A DNA stretch of 63,659 nt, filler included, from Barthelona sp. PAP020 (taxonomy: Eukaryota): assembly GCA_040182905.1 (NCBI GenBank). It is 11 parts of 11 records of this genome, joined end to end, with 100 filler letters (N's around TTAATTAATTAA, not from the genome) between each part and the next. Parts side by side here need not be neighbours in the genome. Positions count along the whole stretch, not along the records: positions 52,295 to 57,940 come from JARQWU010000591.1; positions 58,041 to 63,659 come from JARQWU010000592.1; 9 more parts are not named here. The stretch is one strand, 5' to 3'. Positions 55,327 through 63,659 of this stretch are shown in pieces. Numbering within the stretch: position 1 is the stretch's first letter; each line of letters begins with the position of its first letter. The translations under genes and the position numbers were made by a program. Under the pieces are notes generated by a model. The model searched no databases. It was not told the DNA's origin and saw only the letters and a program-made list of their open reading frames with translations.

Positions 55327-55590
55327 ATGTCCGACTATAATTCCGTTTTAAAGTTTCCTTTTCATGAAAGGACGCATATTGACATGGCAATTTCCACTCT
55401 TTTGGCCGATACAAAAGATTTAGAAAGATATGGTACTTTTCATTGTTTTACAGAATCTGACGATAATTTATTGGTGATTGATATCACATCTTCAACTTCT
55501 AGAGGAATAAAAACTATGATGAGACATTTGACTGATTGCATGAAATTAATTTATCAATCCATTGAATTTACCCAATCATTTTCACTTTAG
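55327..55590 (+). CDS. PCC1: KEOPS complex subunit Pcc1/LAGE3-like
   Basis: 87 aa; SVLKFPF...AISTLLAD...LLVIDITS...R...LIYQSIE matches the Pcc1 pattern. Confidence 0.6.
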   Translation: MSDYNSVLKFPFHERTHIDMAISTLLADTKDLERYGTFHCFTESDDNLLVIDITSSTSRGIKTMMRHLTDCMKLIYQSIEFTQSFSL

Positions 55591-55933
55591 TTGTTTTTTT
55601 TTCAAAAGAATTTTGCAAATTTTCTCTTTCCCAAAGAAGATTCAAAACGAAAGTCTCTGTTGTTCATACTTTTTGGCAACCATTTTATTGTATTTCAATT
55701 TATTGTTTTGCTCAAATTGAAATCATTTTGCATTTCGATTTTTTGGAACATTTGATTATCAAGTAAAAACCTCTTTTTTTTTTTTGAAGAAATTTGATGC
55801 CCCAAGTAATGTAAAAAACAACACTTGAACAACTTCATTTTTATTTAATAAATGTGTTTGAAAAAAAAAAAAATTATAAAATTTTTTATCACTTTCAAAT
55901 TTTCCAAGTTTTTTTTATTTCCTCTTCAAAAGA

Positions 55934-56373
55934 ATGGTAGTGTTTGTTGTTGAATGAAGTCTAATTTATAGTCTGGAATTACTGTATCTGATGATGTTGT
56001 CAACGTCTATCAAGAAATGAAAATTGTTACAAAGAACAAATTTCTTTTGCTTAAAATGAACGAGAACAAGACTGAAATTATTGTTGATGCTGTTGGTTCT
56101 CCTGAAGCCACACATGAAGATTTTTTGAGTGCTCTTCCTGAAGATGATTGTCGTTACGCCATTCTTGATTTTGATTATGAAGTTGATGGTGGAAGAAGAA
56201 CTAAGGAAGTTCTTATTCTTTGGAGACCTCGTGGTGTTGATATGAAAACGAAATTGGTTTTTGCTTCCACCAAGAATATTCTCAAGTCTTGTCTTAATTT
56301 AGGATTGGAAACTCAAGCTACTACTGTCGCAGACTTAGATAAAGCTGAATTGAAGAGAGATTTACAATTGTAA
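55934..56373 (+). CDS. ADF/cofilin (exon 1 is the ATG only; exon 2 is 55972-56373)
   Basis: Spliced MSGITVSDDVVNVYQEMK...LPEDDCRYAILDFDY...LWRP...KLVFASTK. Confidence 0.92.
55937..55971 (+). other. Spliceosomal intron, 35 nt, directly after the start codon
   Basis: GTAGTG...GTCTAATTTATAG; removing it gives the canonical cofilin N-terminus MSGI. Confidence 0.88.
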
Positions 56374-56439
56374 AGAACTGTAAAAGTGGTTATTATTTGT
56401 TGTTTGGTTAAAAAAAAAAAAAAAAAAAAATACAGCCCT

Positions 56440-57330
56440 TTATTCATAAGACATCAGATCAAAGCTTAAATCTTTTAGGAATCGAAGAGCATCTTTTGCT
56501 TCAGTTGATGGTTGTTGAAGTTGGGTTTCAAATATTGACATTAAAATGACAACCAAATGTCTGCAAGAATATAATTTTGGCAATGAAAAAGCAGAAAATG
56601 ACAGGTTTTGTATTATCTTCACACCAACAATCAAAATAAAAATATCTTTCGTTTGAACAACAACCATCAATATCTGAGAAATGATGTCAGGATAAGTTGA
56701 TAAACAAAGATTAGCATCTTTGTCCGCCAAGAATACCAATAACTCAACAATGCGATGAACTGCTTCTTTAGCTTCGGTAATATGACAAAAATCAGAGACT
56801 ATTTGAACCAATCGCTCGATTTGTGGAATGACCAATGGAACCAAATCAATGTTAATTTGAGTTTGTACAACCATGGCAATATTTGCAACATGTTCAAACA
56901 CTTCTTCATAATTTAAAGAATTTAATCCATCTACGGCGGTTTTTGTAAAAGGCACAACAAGATCTTCTTTTAATTGATAACGACATTCAAAAATATTTCT
57001 AATAATTGAGTCAACAAGTGTCAAATGATCTTCTCTTTTTCTTTGTAATGACACAACAAGACCAGCAAGAACTAAAGTATGCAAGTTTTCCCTTAAAACA
57101 GTTAAAGAATAGACCAGTTTTAAAAGATTTTCACACAAATCAAATTCAATATTGGGATCATATAATGCTTCAACAATATACTCTGAAAGTCCTGGCAACA
57201 AGTTGATTTGAATTTCAACTCCTGGAACAATAGACAAAGATATCAATTGGTCTAATGCTTTTTCCAATCGTTCAGGATCTTGTCCATAAAAGTTTTTTAA
57301 AAATAATTCGATGGAAGCACTTGTTGTCAT
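56440..57330 (-). CDS. Hypothetical ARM/HEAT-like helical repeat protein
   Basis: 296-aa Leu/Ile/Val-rich amphipathic helices; no family recognised. Confidence 0.6.
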   Translation of the reverse strand: MTTSASIELFLKNFYGQDPERLEKALDQLISLSIVPGVEIQINLLPGLSEYIVEALYDPNIEFDLCENLLKLVYSLTVLRENLHTLVLAGLVVSLQRKREDHLTLVDSIIRNIFECRYQLKEDLVVPFTKTAVDGLNSLNYEEVFEHVANIAMVVQTQINIDLVPLVIPQIERLVQIVSDFCHITEAKEAVHRIVELLVFLADKDANLCLSTYPDIISQILMVVVQTKDIFILIVGVKIIQNLSFSAFSLPKLYSCRHLVVILMSIFETQLQQPSTEAKDALRFLKDLSFDLMSYE

Positions 57331-57362
57331 AAAAAAAAATATGTTTGTGTATTTATTTACTT

Positions 57363-57650
57363 ATGAGTGTCGAAAACAATTTTTATGATCCAAAAGACGA
57401 AATTTTAAAGGGTAGTGAAACAATAGAAAGCATTGATTGGACTCATTCTTTGATTGTTTCAAGCATTGATAAAAAATTACAGGCTGAACCCACAGTCACT
57501 TTGAATATAAAAACAGGAATAATTGCAGATGAACAGGGAACGTTAACCCCTGAAAATAATCTCTTTGTGGATTTTGACAAAGAAGAATTGGTTGAATTTT
57601 GGAAAACATTAAATAATATTCAAGAACGTATAGATGCTATTACTGCATAA
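57363..57650 (+). CDS. COMM-domain protein (short, COMM domain only)
   Basis: IESIDWTHSLIVSS...EPTVTLNI...FVDFDKEELVEFWKTLNNIQERID. Confidence 0.75.
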   Translation: MSVENNFYDPKDEILKGSETIESIDWTHSLIVSSIDKKLQAEPTVTLNIKTGIIADEQGTLTPENNLFVDFDKEELVEFWKTLNNIQERIDAITA

Positions 57651-57701
57651 TTTTTATGATATATAAACATGTATTTTTTTTTTTTGTGTGTTGTTTAATA
57701 T

Positions 57702-57940
57702 ATGACGAGTTTTCCATTTATAAGTTTAATATTTCTGGGTATTGCAATACTGGGAACGATAATTGCTCGATTTATATTTAAGAAAGAAAAAAGGTGACAT
57801 TCATCATTGTATATTCAATTCTAACCTTTAGTTTGACAACCTTTATAGTATTTGGATCAATATTTTGTGCATGGGGATTTTGGGCATGCGTTTATTTATC
57901 ACAGGGTCCAATTTCCAACTACACATTCCAAGTAAAATCT
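57702..57940 (+). CDS. V-ATPase V0 subunit e-like (exons 57702-57793 and 57832 to linker)
   Basis: Spliced MTSFPFISLIFLGIAILGTIIARFIFKKEKSLTTFIVFGSIFCAWGFWACVYLSQGP; two TMs with the W-x-x-x-x-L-x-Q motif of Vma9/ATP6V0E. Confidence 0.65.
57794..57831 (+). other. Spliceosomal intron, 38 nt
   Basis: GTGACA...TCTAACCTTTAG; removing it joins the two TM-coding frames. Confidence 0.8.
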
Positions 57941-58040
57941 NNNNNNNNNNNNNNNNNNNNNNNNNNNNNNNNNNNNNNNNNNNNTTAATTAATTAANNNN
58001 NNNNNNNNNNNNNNNNNNNNNNNNNNNNNNNNNNNNNNNN
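57941..58040. other. Artificial contig linker
   Basis: N44-TTAATTAATTAA-N44. Confidence 0.99.
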
Positions 58041-58398
58041 TTTGAGAAATTCAACAGAAGAGCATAGTCTTAAAATTCTATTGAATGAAACCACTGAATT
58101 TGCCTTTTTGTGATGATAAAATGAGAATATTTCTCAAACTGTAAATTATTCGTTGTTTTTCTGTTTTTATACCAAATTTATAGAAGAAAAGGAAGTTTCC
58201 TTTTTTCGTTTTTTTCACATTTGAAAACTAAGCAAATACTTTCTCATTAACTTTCATATTATCAACAACTGTTTATTTTATGTATTTATTCTAAAAAATT
58301 TTGTAAAAAAGAACAGAAATGTATTTGTTTGTTGAAGGTTTTGAATAGACTTTTTGATTCAATCGATTATTTATTCTCAATATAATAGCTCAAACGAA

Positions 58399-59223
58399 AT
58401 GACATATCAACAAATGTTACAAAGGAGAATCGATTTATTGATTAATCCTTCCACTGAAAACGATTCAAATGATTCAAATCCTGTACATGATACTAATAAT
58501 CAACAAAATATATTACAACAAGAAATAAATGAAAGTGAAACAGGTTTTTCTCAACAAATTTTTTCCAACATCAATTATGATGTAGACGTTAAAGATGAAG
58601 TATGTCCTTTATGTAGAACACCTTTTCCTGATGTAAAACCACATATAATATTTCCTTGTGGGCATTTGATATGTGAAACATGCTTAAATCAATTTCAAAA
58701 GATTGAATACTGTCCCAAATGTCGTTCTACAATAAAAGAATGTTGCTTTAATAGATCTCTTTACATAAATTTATTAGAAAAAAAAAAAAGCCTTATGTCT
58801 AAACAAATAGCACATCAATTACCAAATGAAACGGATTTCATTCGCAAAAGGGAACGATGCGAAACTATTGGAAAAAAGTATTTTTCAGAAAGGAAACAAT
58901 TAATTGAGTCGAAAAGCAAATTGGATGAAATTGGTAATTTTCTGACAGAAATTAAAAACATACTTCAGGTTAAATATGAAGAGAGAAACCACTTAAATCA
59001 ACAAATTCAAACGTTGGAAAATGAATTGAAGGAGAGCAAATCTCGTTCAGAAATGTGTAAACAGCATATTTATGAGAAAGAAAATGAGGTCGAACAGTTT
59101 CATCAAGCGTATGTCAAAGTGAAGACTGATTTTATCCGAAATGGAACAATTTTGAGAAAATATGAGGAAATGAATGAATTGGAACAATGGGAAAAAGAAA
59201 AAGAAATGGAAATGGAATTGTAG
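58399..59223 (+). CDS. RING-HC finger + coiled-coil protein
   Basis: CPLC...PCGHLICETC...CPKCR. Confidence 0.82.
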   Translation: MTYQQMLQRRIDLLINPSTENDSNDSNPVHDTNNQQNILQQEINESETGFSQQIFSNINYDVDVKDEVCPLCRTPFPDVKPHIIFPCGHLICETCLNQFQKIEYCPKCRSTIKECCFNRSLYINLLEKKKSLMSKQIAHQLPNETDFIRKRERCETIGKKYFSERKQLIESKSKLDEIGNFLTEIKNILQVKYEERNHLNQQIQTLENELKESKSRSEMCKQHIYEKENEVEQFHQAYVKVKTDFIRNGTILRKYEEMNELEQWEKEKEMEMEL

Positions 59224-59498
59224 AAGTGATGGTGATTTTTGTACATTCTTTTAAACCATTTTTAAACATCAACAAACAATTTATTCGATGTTGAATCAAT
59301 GTTATCAGATTGATTTATTCTGGTTATTTTTTATTTTTTGATTATCAATTACAATCCGCACAATATTTTTCAATTTAACTGCAAAATTTTCTGTAAATAA
59401 TATATTAAACAAATATCTGTACTGTTCTTTGTGAATATTGGTATATAAAAAGACTAATTTTATTTTTAAATTTTTTACTTTAAAAATGAAATATTGAA

Positions 59499-60074
59499 AT
59501 GTCAAAATTTCAATATCATTTAGATACGGATGTATTGCTTTCGAATTCAAAATTATTGAAGGAAAAAACAGCTGATTTTTCAAATGGTAATTCAATTTTA
59601 ATTAAATCCGAAACCGAAACTGTGTTAAACTCTGATTTAAATACCCCAAATAAATCAAGTAAATATAATCCAATAAAATTGAATGATAGAAAGAATGAAA
59701 ATAGCAAATTGATTATTCCTTTATTAAAACAAAAAAATGATTCCTTACAGTTCTTTCATGATTTGAAAAGAGTTAGTCCTGTAAAACATTCATCTGTTAC
59801 AGATGAGATTAAAACACCAATATCAAAATCAAAAATTATTGATGATGATTTTGGAAATTTGGAAACAACAAAGAGAAAATATCAAGAATTAGTTCATTCA
59901 ATGTCTCCTTTTAAGTCGGATGAAGTTCAAAATAAAAATTCCAATGATTTGGTTGGTAGATCATTGTTTCAAGATCAAACAATGCTTTCAATTCCTAAAT
60001 CTTCCCGTGCTAATAATGCTCGAATATTTGGTGATATTATTCCTCGACCTAAAAAAAATTTTAAAAAACTGTGA
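59499..60074 (+). CDS. Hypothetical low-complexity basic protein
   Basis: 191-aa ATG ORF with several S/T-P sites. Confidence 0.55.
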   Translation: MSKFQYHLDTDVLLSNSKLLKEKTADFSNGNSILIKSETETVLNSDLNTPNKSSKYNPIKLNDRKNENSKLIIPLLKQKNDSLQFFHDLKRVSPVKHSSVTDEIKTPISKSKIIDDDFGNLETTKRKYQELVHSMSPFKSDEVQNKNSNDLVGRSLFQDQTMLSIPKSSRANNARIFGDIIPRPKKNFKKL

Positions 60075-60279
60075 AAAGAATTATTCTTTCAAATTTTGTA
60101 AATGAAATGGTGTGTTGTAATTTTTTGTTTTTCATGAAATCTGTTCAAAAGTTATCTGTAAATTAGGTTGTTTATATGGATAAAATCTAACAAAAAAAAA
60201 AGAATTTACAAAGTAACTTAATAAGTTTTACTGTAAAAAAATGACATCTTCTTATGATTTCTACTTTTATTGATGAAAA

Positions 60280-61554
60280 ATGGATGATAATTATACTGTG
60301 ATGGAATTAAAGAATGAATTCTTGGAAGAAGAAAATCTGGAAATTTTGGTGAAAACAATTTCTCCTCCTCAAATTCCTTTTCATTTGTTAGAAAAGAAAA
60401 ATCAAGTATGTTGTATGGATGCTATTGAAATAAATGTTCAAATTGATTCAATTCCACGAACCATTAAATATATATTAGCAAACCGATATAATGTTATCTT
60501 TTTAATAAAAATTGATTCTTTTAAGGGTCCAACATGTTCAAAAATGTTTGCATTGTCTGATAGTCCAAGTTATGTAAAGATATCTAAAATGGGATTAAAA
60601 TATGGGAGTTTACAATGTTTTGTTGGTTTTAACAATGGTATTTTACTATATATAGATCTTTTATCATTACAAATCTTGAAAAAAATAAACAAAAAAAGGA
60701 TGAATAATTCTCCAGTAATTGGCATATTTGAATATCAGAATTATGTTTTGACCGTATTTGAAAACGGTATCATTTGGAAATTGAATTTAGCTTTCACTGA
60801 AACAAGTTCAAATTTTGGTAAATATTTAAATACTTCATTTGCCTCTTTATCATCTTGCATAAAATGTGTTCATAACAAAGAAGAAAATCACAATCCAATT
60901 TTGGTTGTAAATTTCACAAATGACATTCCTTCTGGTAATTCAGCTGCTTTGAATTCATTTTTATGTGTGCCATTAAATTGTCTAATTATTTTGAACATAA
61001 ATGGCTTATTGGCGATAAATCTTGATCTGTTCTCAAATTTTTCAGGGCACGTTGATCAATGCTTTGCCAAAATAGATCTCCCAGCCACACCATGTTTTAT
61101 TGATACAATTGATAAAAATGAAAGAAAGTTTATTACTGTTGGATGTGAAAACGGTATCATTTATGTATTGAACGACCATTTTATCATTGAATATTGCCTT
61201 TTAGGTAATGGAAGTTGGCCCTTGGGTTGTTATATATTAAAAGATTCCACAACATTAATATCAGTCTATCAAAATGGTGAAATGTTGTTGTATAATTTGT
61301 CAAAAAACTATTTATTAGAGAGCATTCATCATAAATATATTCAAAGAAAAAAAATGTTTGAAGCAAAAACTGATCGTGATTACATTCCACCTTCAATGAT
61401 AATTGAACTGCAGGATGGATTCTTCACAAAAATGTGTGATTTTCATCTGGATGAGTCATTTTGTATAATTTCAAACAGCTCATCTCTCTTGATGACAGAA
61501 ATAAATTTGATTGAAAATATTGTTGCAAATTCTACAAATGAATTGGAAACATAA
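60280..61554 (+). CDS. Divergent WD40 protein, possibly WDR20/CreC-like
   Basis: VGFNNGILLYIDL...INKKRMNNSPV...NPI...ITVGCENG...LLGNGSW resemble WDR20/CreC blades. Confidence 0.5.
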   Translation: MDDNYTVMELKNEFLEEENLEILVKTISPPQIPFHLLEKKNQVCCMDAIEINVQIDSIPRTIKYILANRYNVIFLIKIDSFKGPTCSKMFALSDSPSYVKISKMGLKYGSLQCFVGFNNGILLYIDLLSLQILKKINKKRMNNSPVIGIFEYQNYVLTVFENGIIWKLNLAFTETSSNFGKYLNTSFASLSSCIKCVHNKEENHNPILVVNFTNDIPSGNSAALNSFLCVPLNCLIILNINGLLAINLDLFSNFSGHVDQCFAKIDLPATPCFIDTIDKNERKFITVGCENGIIYVLNDHFIIEYCLLGNGSWPLGCYILKDSTTLISVYQNGEMLLYNLSKNYLLESIHHKYIQRKKMFEAKTDRDYIPPSMIIELQDGFFTKMCDFHLDESFCIISNSSSLLMTEINLIENIVANSTNELET

Positions 61555-61650
61555 TTATCCTCTGTGAAAAGAATATGAAAAAATATCAAATGCGGCTTTG
61601 TTTTGAACAACACATATAAAAATGTTTGAGAATATCATTTTTTCTTTCTT

Positions 61651-63513
61651 ATGAAATTAAAATTAAGCGGAGGAAATATTCAACATGGATCCAAAGATGA
61701 ATTGAAAAAGTTCATCACTCAATTAGGATTAAATTTCACAAACATTAGAACTGCAAAAAATTTACCTTTTGCAATAATTGGATTTGAAACAAAAGAAGAA
61801 GGAGAAGAAGCGTTTAAAAATTTAGTTGGAAAAACCTTTAAAGGAAAGCCATTTTCAGTTGAAGAATTTTTTCCTGAAGAAGAAAAAAAATTTGACAAAG
61901 AACCGATAAAATATTGGGATGAACATTTAGCTGAGTCAAAAATTCCTGCTGAACAATTACTATTCAAGTATCAACTTACAAACAATCTCAAATCAATTGA
62001 AGAATACAACCAAAAGTTGTTAGGACAGGATTATGTCATTGATAATTGCAACGAAATTACAGCACCTTTATATCTTATACCATATGAAGAACAATTAATT
62101 TTAAAAGCAAATTATGCTGCCAGTTGTGTTTTTTCCATCAGCAAAGTGATGAGAAAACACTGTCGTGGTAGACCACCTCTTTGGGTTGTTAAGAAAATGG
62201 AATCTTTGTGTGGTTTGGCTGAGTTTAAGCATAACATTCATCCACAATCTCCACTTACACCCATAGAAGATCTTGTGACAAATACAAAGAATCTTGGATA
62301 TGAAGTGATCAGATCTGAAAGATTCCGAACAACACCAACGACTCCGTTCGATGGAATTGTGCCTGCTCCAAAAAAATGTGAATACAGAAACAAAGTTGAA
62401 TACAATGTGGGTTTTGATCTTGATGAAAACATTGTTGTTGGTTATACTACTAAATTATTTGTTGATGGGAAACCAAAATATATCACAATCCCTGCTCATG
62501 GGAGTGTGATAGCTGATGAAGTTTTTGCCTGCATTGCTGATTCGTTTGCTATTTTTGTTAAGGAGAATAAATATCTTCCTGTATTATTTGGAACTGGTAT
62601 TGGTTTTATTCAGTGTCTAATGATCCGCAAAGCTTCGAATGATGAAATATATATAACTGTTGTTTGTTCATTAAACTACTATGATGAACATGAAAAATTG
62701 GCTCAAAAACTTGAAGTCTTCGCGAATGAAAATAATATTGCTGGAGTATATGTAAAATATCAATATCAAGAAGAATCAAAACTTGAATTTGTTTGTGGTA
62801 AAGAATTACTGATTGAAAAAATTGGGGATTATCCATTTATACTATCTCCCACTGCTTTTTTCCAAGTAAATGTTGATTCTGCGAGAATTTTGTATGATAT
62901 TGCAATTAGATGGGCGTTTGAGCATAAAAGTGATGTTTTGCTGGATGTTTGTTGTGGTACCGGTACAATTGGTATTTTAGCTGCTTTATATGCTCGTGAA
63001 AATAATATTCCACTTAATAAGATCATTGGCATGGATTTAAATAAAGAAGGTGTTGATAATGCAAATATAAATGCCGAAAACCATGGGCTTTCAGACATAT
63101 GTTCATTTTGTCATGCTCCTGCAGAGAAATTTTTAAATAACGACTTTTTTGCCCAGCATGAAAATCCTATTGCTATTTTAGATCCTCCACGTTCAGGAAT
63201 TCATCCTTCTCTGTCTAAAACCATAAGAAACAGTAAACTTAGTCGATTTGTTTATATTGCTTGTGCTCCAAAGAATACAGGTGAAGTCTTGAAAACTTTG
63301 ATGGCACCAAAGTCTAATAAAGTATTGGGTGAACCATTTTTACCTACAAGAGCAGTTGCAGTGGATATGTTTCCTCATACTTCTCATATCGAAATGGTAT
63401 TTGTCTTTGAAAGATATTCAAGAGAAATTCAAGAAAGATATGAAGAATTTTTGGCTCAAATGCCTGATTTTCAAGCTTTTTTCAGAGAAATGAAACCTGA
63501 TGAAAAAAATTAA
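61651..63513 (+). CDS. TRMT2A: tRNA (uracil-5)-methyltransferase TRMT2A/Trm2 with N-terminal RRM
   Basis: EYRNKVEY, LSPTAFFQVN, LLDVCCGTGTIGI, AILDPPRSG, VYIAC, VDMFPHTSHIE. Confidence 0.93.
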   Translation: MKLKLSGGNIQHGSKDELKKFITQLGLNFTNIRTAKNLPFAIIGFETKEEGEEAFKNLVGKTFKGKPFSVEEFFPEEEKKFDKEPIKYWDEHLAESKIPAEQLLFKYQLTNNLKSIEEYNQKLLGQDYVIDNCNEITAPLYLIPYEEQLILKANYAASCVFSISKVMRKHCRGRPPLWVVKKMESLCGLAEFKHNIHPQSPLTPIEDLVTNTKNLGYEVIRSERFRTTPTTPFDGIVPAPKKCEYRNKVEYNVGFDLDENIVVGYTTKLFVDGKPKYITIPAHGSVIADEVFACIADSFAIFVKENKYLPVLFGTGIGFIQCLMIRKASNDEIYITVVCSLNYYDEHEKLAQKLEVFANENNIAGVYVKYQYQEESKLEFVCGKELLIEKIGDYPFILSPTAFFQVNVDSARILYDIAIRWAFEHKSDVLLDVCCGTGTIGILAALYARENNIPLNKIIGMDLNKEGVDNANINAENHGLSDICSFCHAPAEKFLNNDFFAQHENPIAILDPPRSGIHPSLSKTIRNSKLSRFVYIACAPKNTGEVLKTLMAPKSNKVLGEPFLPTRAVAVDMFPHTSHIEMVFVFERYSREIQERYEEFLAQMPDFQAFFREMKPDEKN

Positions 63514-63560
63514 TTAAGGTTGCCATAAAATACCTTTTTATTTTTCTTCTTTCGAACAGT

Positions 63561-63597
63561 GTTCGTAGCAAAGCGGACGGATTTCACCCAAAAGACA
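63561..63597 (+). repeat. Dispersed 37-bp motif, copy 3
   Basis: GTTCGTAGCAAAGCGGACGGATTTCACCCAAAAGACA. Confidence 0.85.
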
Positions 63598-63659
63598 AAA
63601 TAAACATTGTTCTAGGTTCTATTCTTGCACTTCTGATTGTTAAATATGATCCAATACAT

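Noticed and set aside
56410..56430. A21 tract after cofilin as a retrocopy poly(A) scar
   Set aside because: The cofilin gene retains its intron, and A/T homopolymers are common in these intergenic regions.
5779..58040. Regularly spaced TTAATTAATTAA palindromes every ~5.8 kb, and gene adjacency across them
   Set aside because: These are artificial linkers between size-sorted contigs (5778, 5774, 5768, 5731, 5712, 5677, 5657, 5649, 5648, 5646, 5619 nt). The periodicity and cross-linker synteny have no biological meaning.
17221..63597. The 37-bp motif as a CRISPR repeat
   Set aside because: Single copies on separate contigs, with no repeat-spacer array and no cas genes, in a eukaryotic context.
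1..63659. Alternative genetic code (UAR=Gln or UGA=Trp)
   Set aside because: Conserved genes read through in the standard code and end at expected positions with TAA (Rpt1), TAG (SMC3) and TGA (Na/K-ATPase).
1..63659. Giant-virus origin (AT-rich, dense, thymidine kinase, ankyrin and WD40 paralogs)
   Set aside because: No NCLDV hallmark genes were seen; spliceosomal introns and core cellular machinery (proteasome, CCT, cohesin, APC/C) dominate.

Overview
This window is not one locus. It is 11 contigs joined by artificial 100-nt linkers (N44-TTAATTAATTAA-N44), and contig lengths fall steadily from 5778 to 5619 nt, so it is a size-sorted concatenation. The DNA comes from a very gene-dense, AT-rich microbial eukaryote using the standard genetic code, with intergenic gaps as short as 32-61 nt. 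I found about 45 complete or partial genes, including class I PI3K, SMC3, Na/K-ATPase, PMCA, Hsp90, WDR33, centrin, Cdc27, Ubc8, ELG1, RasGEF, cofilin, COMMD and TRMT2A. I found only four introns (35-43 nt), each with a CTAAY branch point almost fused to the 3' AG. I recognised no rRNA, tRNA, CRISPR array, transposase or viral hallmark gene. Most notable: (1) three WD40 genes sharing a C-terminal domain I do not recognise, one of them bracketed by ~87-bp direct repeats that contain a 14-bp palindrome; (2) a 37-bp dispersed non-coding motif on three contigs; (3) an FHA-PBZ-HIT-ZnF aprataxin/APLF-like protein, missed by the ORF track, with Cys at the HIT catalytic His position; (4) the tiny-intron architecture; (5) bacterial-type genes that are LGT candidates.
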